NCBI RefSeq assembly: GCF_032444005.1
Contig: NC_091288.1
Span: forward strand, 210,366,001-210,430,000
Direction of reading: 5' to 3'
From: Ranitomeya imitator
Lineage: Eukaryota
Length of the DNA stretch: 64,000 nt
Part shown: in pieces, positions 24,217-35,200 of the stretch
Layout: every line of letters begins with the position of its first letter
How positions within the stretch are numbered: position 1 is the first letter of the stretch
The notes under the pieces: generated by a model
What the model was told of the DNA's origin: nothing
Seen by the model: the letters and a program-made list of their open reading frames with translations, nothing else
Databases searched by the model: none
Position numbers and translations under genes: made by a program

Positions 24217-27200
24217 ATGGCGGACTCCCCGGTGATGAACGGTGGGCACGCCGACCTGTGGGCATCTCATAACCGGATGGTGCTGGAGCCTCTTGAAACT
24301 AATGATCCGGAGGTAAGAAATCGGGGGAGACTTATGGTGGGGATGCAGAGGTGGCGGCACACTCGTAGCTTTCCCATTCACTTGGTGGGCGTACTGGATT
24401 CTCAGGATTTCTGGACCATCAGATGCCGGACTACAGGACGTCTACTGCATTACGGAAGTCCCAGGTTATGTTTAATGCTTATATTTGTAGGTGTACGAGA
24501 TCATCCGGAAGGAGAAGCATCGGCAGCGCTACGGGCTGGAGCTCATCGCCTCCGAGAACTTTGCCAGCTGCGCGGTTTTGCAGGCTCTGGGCTCGTGCCT
24601 GAATAATAAATATTCGGAGGGCTACCCTGGACAGAGGTGAGGGGCGACGCCGGTGCTCTTCACCAGAGCATATGTGCATGTCATGTCGCATGGGATTGGG
24701 GCGATCTGTTGCCGCGACTTACTCAGGACATTTTAAAGGGGTTTTCCAGGATTAGAAAAACATGACGGCTTTGTTAAAAAAAAAACAAAAAACGCAGCAG
24801 CACCTCTATCCCCAGGTTGTGTGTGCTATAGCCCCCAGTCCCATTCAGTCTGATAGACCCGAACTGTAACTCCAGACCCATCCTGTGCACCCGTGTGGCG
24901 CTGTTTTTGGAAGAAGCCATATTTTTGAGACAGGTCAATCTGACCCTAGACGACCTGCGTACTGTAGAGACCAGATTGGATTTTAATGTTGTCGCCCCAC
25001 AGGTACTACGGCGGCACGGAGCACGTGGATGAGCTGGAGCGGCTGTGTCAGAAGAGGGCACTGGAGGCGTACAGTCTGGACCCCCGAAAATGGGGCGTGA
25101 ACGTGCAGCCGTATTCAGGTGAGAGATGATTATGCCGATGTTTCCTGCATGTTGCATCTGTTTTTCCTCCAGATTTTGCAGCAAATCTCCATTTCTGATT
25201 TGTGAATTTTGCTGCAGATTTTGCTCCATACGTTGCAAAAAAAAAAAAATGAATGTTATTTTCGATTCCAGGATCCCCTGCAAATTTTGCTGTTTACACT
25301 GCCTTGGTGGAGCCTCATGGGAGGATCATGGGGCTGGACCTGCCTGACGGGGGGCACCTCACCCACGGCTTCATGACCGACAAGAAGAAAATCTCCGCCA
25401 CATCCATCTTCTTTGAATCCATGCCGTACAAGGTGAGCAGTCGTCACATCGCTGCGTGTACGAACCATGACATCCAGTGATTTGTGCGCTCTGTCTGCGG
25501 ACACTCAGATCATGGGAATGACTATAACAGCAGAGGAATAGTGCACTGACCTTGTGGGAGGAAAGTGACCTGATGTTAGTGAGGCCAGAGCTACATGGGC
25601 AGGGATAAAATGTTAGAGGAAGGTAATGCCTTTTAAGAAAATGGAAGGATCATCCCCTTCCCCCCCCCCCCATCCCTCTCCAGCTGCACAGAGTATTTCA
25701 GCTTCACATGTTGGTTTATCTTCACCTTGATCGCAGGTGAATCCGGACACTGGTTATATAGACTACGACAGACTGGAGGAAAATGCCCGCTTGTTTCATC
25801 CCAAACTTATCATCGCCGGTGAGTACTACAACCACCATCAAGTCACATTCCTTCCAAATAACTGACTGGCATTTTTGCAAAATTTTAAAATTAAAAAAAA
25901 AAGGTAAAAATAAAAAATACATTCATTCATTTTATGTCTAAGGTGTCAGCTGCTACTCCCGGAATCTTGATTATGGCCGAATGAGGACGATCGCCGATGA
26001 AAACAATGCAGTCCTCATGGCCGACATGGCGCACATTAGTGGCTTGGTGGCAGCCGGCGTGGTACCGTCTCCCTTTGAGCATTGTGACATCGTCACCACC
26101 ACGACGCACAAGACCCTGCGCGGATGCCGTGCTGGCATGATCTTTTACCGGAAGGGTGAGTAGTCCTCACCGGGGGAGGAGAAAAATGGACTTACAACTG
26201 CGGCATTGACTTGTTTTTTTTTTTCTCCGTCAGGAGTCCGAAGCGTGGATCCGAAGATGGGTAAGGAAATCCTGTACAATTATGAGAGTCCAATTAATCA
26301 AGCGGTGTTTCCCGGCCTACAAGGTGGACCCCATAATCACGCTATTGCAGGTACGACCCACCCTTGTTACCTGTATGACAGGATCATGGATCACCCACCA
26401 CCGAGCTTTTACAGTTTCATCCTGATTTATTACAGGCATTGCTGTGACCCTGAAACAAACCATGAGCCCAGAGTTCAGGTTGTACCAGACACAGGTGGTC
26501 TCTAATTGCCGGGCGTTGGCAAGTGCACTGGAAGAACTGGGCTATCACATCGTCACCGGTAAGAAAGCCTCGAATGATTTACAAAGCCGACGTTCCGGTC
26601 ATGGTGATGTAAGAAGCTGACGTTCTGGGAAAGGGTCCTCTGTGATGGGGAAAGGAACTTGACCCACTGTGTAGCACCGATAACGACTGATCTAATATGC
26701 ATGGGGTCGCCGACCGACTGATAGACATGGGAGATGTCGAATGGACATGTCCGATGTCAGACTGCCGATCGCGTCGTACTCCTGGACATAAGCCACTGGC
26801 TTAGTGAACACAGCCATGAGGCTAGGGGCTTACTCCACAGGGGTCCCCAACCCTGTCTCTAGAAAACTTGGTGACCTGATTAAATGGATGAATCCATTGA
26901 TTACTAAAGTCTTTCTTGGCTTGAATAATTAAAGGGATAAATGGCCAAAATCAGTGGTTCTTCTGATCCCAGGGGTCATCGTGTGGGGTTTTTCTAAAAA
27001 TACATAAACCAAATACTTCAGCCATTTCCAAAATTGAAGGGTATCACCTAACCGCATCAGTCGGACCCTCGCAGGTCTTCAACAGGACTCTTAAAAGCCG
27101 CAGTGGCCATGGATGCAGACCACCGCTCTAATAATTGTCTATGGGAATACGGTAAGAGTCGCGCACAGTCCCATAGACAATTGATATAACGGAGATCTTC

Positions 27201-28756
27201 ATTCGAGACCTTTTCTGGGATCCCCCCCAATGATTAGTAAGTTATTTACTTTCTAAAGTGGACTTGTTACTGAACCCATTATATATAAAGGAAAGTTGGC
27301 ATCTCTGGAAACTTTTTTTTTTTTTTCTCCGTCAATTTACAGGCGGCTCCGATAATCATCTCATTCTGGTCAACCTGAAGGACAAGAAGACTGACGGAGG
27401 ACGAGCCGAGAAGGTCCTTGAAGCCTGCGCCATCGCCTGCAACAAGAACACCTGCCCAGGTGAGTGCAAGTCTTATTATAGACCTGAAGGCAAAAAAATC
27501 TGCAACCTACAGACTCTCGAGGAACCGCGCAGCATTAGTCATTGACATCAGTCGGGCGGCGCAGCTGTAAAATCCATTCTACCGTCTCTGAATGCTACAT
27601 ATTGACAAGTAAGACACAAAAGAGAATGGTAAAACCAAACACACTCAGTTTGAAAAAATGTTTGCAGTAATCCGCAAGTGCTAGTAAAAGATGTAAATAA
27701 CAGGGTATTTGGTTGATACGTTTTTTGCAAAAAATGTATACTAAGCTGCTCTACCAATCTTCACGGTATACCCATATCAGAGCAGTCCTAACTAATGTAT
27801 GCAATCCCTATCTGATGTATTTAAAAACCTGATCATCTGTATATTACCTGTGTGAACAGGGTTCAGAGAGGAAAAATCCATGTGTGCATACAGGGCAGAA
27901 CAGCTTTTTAAATACATCAGATAGGGATTGCATACATTAGTTAGGACTGCTCTGATAAGGGTATACCGTGAAGATTGGTAGAGCAGCTTAGTATACATTT
28001 TTTGCAAAAAACGTATCAACCAAATACCCTGTTATTTACATCTTTTACTAGCACTTGCGGATTACTGCAAACATTTTTTCAAACTTGAGTGTTTTTGGTT
28101 TTACCATTCTCTTTTGTGTCTTCAGGTTTCTTGGTGGTGTGTGAACATGATCATACAGACTTGTTCACTGTGCAAGTAGCCCATGTGTTCCTGTTTCCAA
28201 TATTGACAAGTAAGTGACTTAATCCATTATCTGCACCCCCCCGGCAGGTGACAAGAGTGCCCTCCGTCCCAGCGGCCTTCGACTTGGATCCCCTGCCCTG
28301 ACTTCTCGAGGGTTTAAAGAAGAAGACTTTAAAAAAGTTGCGCACTTCATTCACCAAGGTGGGTGGTGGTCGTTGTAGACCAGGGTTTCCCAATCTCCAG
28401 TCCTCACGGCCCCCAAAAAAGATCATGTTTTTAGGATTTCCTTAGTATCGCACAGGTGATGAATTGCAGCTCTGCCTAATTCACTTGAACAGAATGGAGC
28501 TGCATTACTAGAGATGACCTGTAGTCAGGGGTGGTGCTGTTTTCTGGAAGATGATTTTTAAATTTATTTTTTTTCCCTTTCAGGTATTTTACTCACTCTA
28601 GAGATTCAGAACGACATGAACCCCAAGGCGACCCTGAAGGAGTTTAAGGACAAGTTGGCGTCTGACGGCAAACACCGAGAGAAGGTCTCGTCCCTGAAGG
28701 AGGAGGTGGAGCAGTTCTCCAGCTCTTTTCCTATCCCCGGCCTGCCTGACTTGTGA
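24217..28756 (+). CDS. SHMT1: Cytosolic serine hydroxymethyltransferase, 11 coding exons, 484 aa
   Basis: Exons 24217-24312, 24491-24636, 25003-25118, 25272-25432, 25737-25818, 25943-26155, 26234-26350, 26436-26558, 27343-27459, 28248-28358, 28584-28756. All introns are GT-AG and the total is 1455 nt in frame. Motifs: [22 protein letters not shown], the PLP-lysine motif [10 protein letters not shown] (K codon 26110-26112), [11 protein letters not shown] and NKNTCPGD. There is no mitochondrial leader, and synteny with SMCR8/TOP3A identifies SHMT1 rather than SHMT2. An acceptor at 24191-24192 implies an upstream non-coding exon. Confidence 0.97.
27611..28122. repeat. Long near-perfect inverted repeat (217-bp arms, 77-bp spacer) in a SHMT1 intron
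   Basis: Arms at 27611-27827 and 27905-28122 differ at only a few positions. Confidence 0.92.
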
Positions 28757-30195
28757 GTGATGTGTGGGGATATAACGGAGGACGTCCCGTCGTACAAGAG
28801 CCAGATATCAAATATCAGCTGCTGAGGAAACACGGCTATAATTAGGAAAAGTGATTTCCTTCAATCCTGGGGCCGTAGTCACACGTCCTCCGCGAGGATC
28901 GGAAATCCCTCATGATTGTGGCCACGTGGTCTTCAATTCTGCAGCCATTATCCTGGCAGCGTGACTTGTGGGGGTGTTAGGTGCTGTTCACATTGTGCCG
29001 CCGCCAATCCTGCTGGAATAAATGTCTCCCTTTAAAAAAGTGTTTTGGTTTTTTTTAATTCCCACATTAAAAAGTGATAACATATGGCACCACTTTATAA
29101 TTAGGAGAGGTCTAACCTGTTTCCCTTCCCCTGCACTCCTACGTAATTGAGGGGGGATATCTTACACCCCTGACCCCCTAATCTTAAGCAAAATTCTAAT
29201 AAAAAGAAAACAACAATTTTCTGGTAAAGATGAGGCAACCAGTATTGCTACCGACACATGCCCCCACGCAGCAGGTTGTCAGATGATTGTGGTAGCCACG
29301 CCGGCCCTCATCCATCTTTCGCAGCGCTGGATGCAATAATCAGCCGTATCCATGAGCCCAGAGATAAATCCGTCATTTATTCAGGTGGATTTGGCAACAG
29401 ACTACACAGTTTTGGGGTCATGCAGCGGGTTTTTGTGAGCACGGATGGGTCCTTGCATGCACCAATATAACGGAGATATATCTTTGGTACACCAGCTGAT
29501 CTCCAACTACAACTCCCATCATCCTCTGGTGTAACAAAGCTGCAGGAAGCGGAAGGTTTATATTGCTGAACCCGCAGTGGTGGTGTGAACCCTGAGTGTT
29601 ATGGTGGCACCAGAGCAGTGGGGTTACCGTGAGGCCCCTGCACCTCCAGCGAGCCGTGGCCAAAGGACAAACAGGAAAAAAAAATAAAGGGGGCAATCAC
29701 ATCTACGTACGGGGTTAAATACCCAGAGCGTTCACAGCTTTATAAAGAAATACATTTCACATTGAGCTCATTTACAGATGAGACTGAACCAAAACAGCAG
29801 CAGTGCGAAGTCAGTGCCGTGGAAAGTCCACTAATGCCACCAGCTGCGAGGATTATATACGTTTCCACTAGAGGGTGCACTGCAGTTGCTGTTCGGGGCG
29901 CTTCTTCCTACATGCTTCCTGCAGCGCATGCTGAGACTTTTAGTTCCACAGCAGCCAAGACACCTAAAGACTATGCAGCCTCTTAAAGGAGAACTGTTCT
30001 TAATAGTTAGGACCCAAGTCTGAGCTCCCACTGTAATCGACTGAGCCCCCCAGACAGACTGACATCGCCCTTTCACCGGTGACGGCTCCGTTCACGGTTC
30101 TGAGGCGGAGCTTGCTCCTGGTGTCATGCTCCGCCCTCCAGACTCTGCCCCTCCCACTAGACCTATAAAGAGGGCGACAATCCTTCAGTCTAGGG

Positions 30196-30390
30196 CAGGG
30201 GTATCAAACTGCATTCCTCGAGGGCTGCAAACAGGTCATGTTTTCAGGATGTCCTTGTACTGCACAGGTGATAATTTAATCACCTACACAAATAATGAGT
30301 TGGTGATTAAATTATCACCTGTGCAGTACAAGGAAATCCTGAAAACATGACCTGTTTGCAGCCCTCGAGGAATGCAGTTTGACACCCCTG
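30196..30390. mobile_element. hAT-type MITE
   Basis: TIR caggggt(a/g)tcaaact, perfect 8-bp TSD gtctaggg at 30188-30195 and 30391-30398, and a full fold-back. Confidence 0.92.
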
Positions 30391-32271
30391 GTCTAGGGTA
30401 ACAGTCAGTCAGTCTCCAGCTGTGTTGGAACTATAATTCTCCCCCCCCCATGCTGACAGCCATAAATAAAACACTACAGAGGTTGTGTAATTCTGTACTT
30501 AAAAGGGGTTTTCCACAGAAAGCAGTTTTGCAATTTACAGCCACTATTGAGTCCTAGGAGACCGACCACCACAGCTTGGCCAGGATTAGCAGGTAACTGC
30601 GCGCTCCAGAGATCGCAGCAGCGCTTACAAGCTCAATAGGAAGAGATTGTAAGAGCTGGCAGCATCACTCCATTCAGAGATCTATGAATGCTTCTTCTCC
30701 CTGATGGCAAGCAGTGCTTTTACCTAATCATGCCTTATCAGCCGCCTCGGGAGCCTGTCTTCTTGGTAAACGCTCTGCTTGCTGTCAGTGAGTGAAACGA
30801 TTCACCCATTTGTTTTTTTTTCAGTTCCTCACTGATCATTTCCACTCACTGCTGGCAGGCAGAGGTGGATCTAGACCGAGAAAATCAGATGGTGCTGATG
30901 CAAATCTGACTTAGTAAACCTCTGCTTACCAAAGCCAAGTAAAAACATTCACAAAACTCCAATGCTCTGATTTCACCAAGACTGGACATTAATTACTACA
31001 TATAGCAAGAGCCCGTTCTCATTCACTACAATAGAACATCTGGTGCGACTGATCGGCTGCATGTGATCCTGACAGCGGGCGACATTTGGCACCAGAGCTG
31101 CGCTCCTCACAGCGCCCGACGGTCGGTCACACATGATCCATTAGTGCAAGTAATGACATAAGAAACCGCATGGACGGGAGGCTAAGAAAATAATAAATAA
31201 GACGCAAACAGATATAACACTGAGCGGGCGGACGGCGAGTGCGGGGGGCCGCTAACGCTAAAGTTTAGCTCTTATAGTGCTGGAGCGTTATAACAACGGA
31301 TATCAGTCAGGTATGATGTAAAAGGGGAAAAAAAAAAAATGTGCTCCGGAGATACGTGATAAGAAGGAGAGGTTCCTGCACTCCTCAGTAAAGAAACGGC
31401 TGATAACAGGGAACAATAGATTATTCAATCCAAAAAGACATTCCGGAGGTGAAATTTACAAAAAATGGTTTCCATCATTGGAATAACTGCTGTAACGCTG
31501 CCCCCTATAGGACGGATCTTGCTAAAAATAAAATCTAGGAAATTGCTAAAATGTGAAGTTTTTTGTGCTCAGATACCGGGGTGAAAACTTTTGCTGCTAC
31601 TGTAAATATCAGTGCAAAATCTCTGCAGTAATCACACAATACATTTCCCTGGAAAACTACAGAGTGTGAACACAGCCTAAGAATACATTTACAAAGGCAC
31701 CTGTACTGGAGGGGTTTTTGACATGATTTTTCTAAAACTTTATGCACCAAAACGGAAAAAAAAAATGCCCCTGTAAACCCATACATGGAGGAAGATATGT
31801 GACAAATTAGTGATTATGGTGGGGGGAGAGGATTTCTGAGTGGACAGAAGTGGCTGATAACAGGGAACAGTAGATTGCACTCACCAGCACTAATAGATGC
31901 TAGACTTTAGGGTCAGTGTCCCTTTAATAGCAGATCTGACACGACTGGTCACCGGCTCCTTTTTTTTCCCTATAATAATCAAACTGTGACTGTTGTTGCG
32001 AAACTACAACTCCCAGCATGCCTCGAGAGCTCCTGGCACCAGATTTGACAACTGGCTCCCAGGGCATGCTGGGAGTTGTAGTTTTCCAATGCCAGGACAG
32101 CCACAGGTTGAAAACTACAGACCTAGGTCATCAGTAGTAAAAACTGGCGGAGACAATGTGACAAAAAACAAAAGGCTAAAAGGTAAATAAAGATTCTTCT
32201 CTTGTCCGAGGAGCCCACCATAATGCGCAGTCTTATACATCCACACGTGTCTACAGGGGGCGACCGATGGG

Positions 32272-35200
32272 TCAAATCTTGTATAAAATGCTGGGGATGT
32301 AGTCAAATCTGAGCACATGAAGCAGCTGCGTCCCCGATTCCCGCAGATAATGCGTTTTGAGCAGTTCCGAGAGGTATTCTACGATCTTGCTGTCCTCGTG
32401 GGAGAGGCCGAGGAGCTGCTGCAGGAAGGCGGCGCGGCGCTGCGTTATCGACTCCTCGCTCTCCTTCTCCCGGATGGGCAGGTGGACGTGGTGGCAGAAG
32501 GTGAAGAGGAAGGCCTTGGCGCTGAGCTGGGTCAGCATGCTCTGCACGTGCATGTAGTAAGTGCTGCCCTTCCTGATCTGTGTGCGGTGGTCTGCCACCC
32601 TCTGGAGGAGCGTCCCCCTGTACACCGGGCACCGCAGCGTCTTGTTGTCTGCATCCAATATGCTGGCGTAGCGGCTGTATCGGCTCAGGGTGTGCAGGGT
32701 GTTGGATCCGGAAGGAGAGACCCCCCTACGAGATGAGGGGAAAAAAAAAAGTTATTAAAGTTATTAAAAAGTAACAAAGTTATTAAAATGTAATAAAGTT
32801 CTGCAACTTTTTAACTACATGTCACCATTAAGAGTTCTGCTTGCTGTCTGTGAATATAAACTCGCTTTTATAGACAATGATTCATGATGGACATGACCAG
32901 GAAAATGTTTGCATTCACTGACAGCTAGCAGAAATAGTCATCATAACCCCATTTCTGCCCAAAGAAAATGTTTTTTTTTTCGGTTTTGCTCCACCCAGGC
33001 CATGATGTCTGTTGGGAGTGTAATCTAGCTCCTACGTCAGGGTTCCACTCTGGCCTCCTATACTTTTTTTTATTTCAAATAAATTTTTATTAAGAATAAC
33101 AAGGCAATTAACATGTTACATTTACATTTTCAATATAGAGTATTTCCCCCCCCCCTCCCCTCCCCCTTCAAACAGCCCCCTTCGATCCCAAAGCCCCCCA
33201 CCCAACAAAGCAGCTCATCTTGTTAATTACTACCATCATTAAAGGGAACCTGTCACCTGAATTTGGCGGGACTGGTTTTGGGTCATATGGGCGGAGTTTT
33301 CGGGTGTTTGATTCACCCTTTCCTTACCCGCTGGCTGCATGCTGGCTGCAATATTGGATTGAAGTTCATTCTCTGTCCTCTGTAGTACATGCCTGCACAA
33401 GGCAAGATTACCTTGCGCAGGCGTGTACTATGGAGGACAAAGAATGAACTTCAATCCAATATTGCAGCCAGCATGCAGCCAGCGGGTAAGGAAAGGGTGA
33501 ATCAAACACCCCAAAACTCCGCCCATATGACCCAAAACCAGTCCCGCCAAATTCAGGTGACAGAGTCCCTTTAAAACAATAGAGTATCTAATCCCTCAAC
33601 CACTCGTATAAGCCACACTTCACATTACTATCCCATAGCAATCCATGGAGACCACATTTTATTGAACGTTTCAGTTTTCCCTTTCTTCTTATAAATCCCC
33701 TTTTCCAGTGTCAGGCCCTGCTTCACATACTGGAGGAACTCTCCTCTTGACGGCGGCTCTTCCCTAATCCAGTTTCTAGCTATCACCTTCCTAGCCATGT
33801 ACAACAATCTGGCTATAGCTATCTTTAGATGTTTATCCACCCCAATCTCATCCACGCATCCCAACAAACAGACAACTGGATCCCTTGGCACCGTGCATCC
33901 ATACGCACCTTCCATACGACTCAAAACTACCACCCAGAAGGCAGCCAACCTCGGACATGTCCACATCATATGGAAAATGTCTGCATCCGTAGGCTTACAC
34001 CTCGGACATTCAGAGTCATTACCCAATCCTGCCTTATATAGCACCATCGGAGACCTATAAACTCTGTGGATCACATAGAGCGGTGACAGTCTATACGGTT
34101 CACTCAGCGACAGTCTTGGGATCCATTCCAACACCGACTCCCAAGTCTCGTTATCTATTGGGCCCAAATCCCTTTCCCATTTAGCTCTTGCCATTATTGG
34201 AAACCCCAATAGGAAAGTGTGCAACAGATCCCTGTACAGAGTGGATATGACTCCTCCAGTCGTCCCGTCATTACACACATACTCCAGTACTATATCCCTT
34301 TGAATCCTAATACCTCCGTTCCTACTCTGAGCTCCAAAGGCGTGCCTCATCCGCAAATATTGATACTCCCCTGCAGACCCAAGACCAAATTCCGCCTGCA
34401 ATTGGGAAAATGATTTCAGTTCACCTTGTTCAATTATTTGATACACATACTGAATCCCTTTGCCCAACCATTCTATCAATACCCCTAATGCCTCAAATTC
34501 TTTCAGATTGTTATTATGCCATAGCGGCGAGTATCTAGTCAAGTCCGTGATCCCACGTATGTGCCTCAATCTACTCCACAGCTTGCGTATCAACAGCAAA
34601 GTCGGGTATAGCTTCCCCAAACTCTCCAAGGATCCATCCTCCAAACATTGCACCACTGGCCTTCTTTTTGTCACCACCTCCATCAACCGCTGTACCGCTC
34701 CAGATGACCCCTCATGCGCCCAGCCCCTTAAATGCTGACTCTGGGCTGCAAGAAAGTACAACTCAGGGTTAGGCAATGCCAGACCCCCATCATCCTTGGG
34801 TCGCTGAAGTGTCTCCAGTTTGATACGCGGATGTTGCCTCCCCCAAATCAAGTTCCTAAACAGAGAGTTGATCTGTCTAAATTTCCCACGTGGTATCCAA
34901 ACCGGCGCATTGTGAAGAATATACAGTATTTTCGGCATCAGAATCATTTTGATAAGATTCACCCTGCCTACCACAGACAAATGTAGCTTGAGCCATGCAT
35001 CCGCTTTTGCCTTGAGGGCACCCAAGATTGGAGTCAGATTCTCATGTATATAGTCAGTGACCGGCATAGATACCCATATTCCCAGGTACTTAAATTTACT
35101 CGTCACCTCCAGTCGCCCGTCCTCCAATGCTTCCCCATCCACATCGTCCACCTTAAACAAGATACAGGTCCTTCTCAAAAAATTAGCATATAGTGTTAAA

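Noticed and set aside
28126-28209. 84-nt in-frame cassette-exon candidate in SHMT1 (ttcag| ... |gtaagt)
   Set aside because: The downstream intron to 28248 would be only 38 nt, too short for normal vertebrate splicing.
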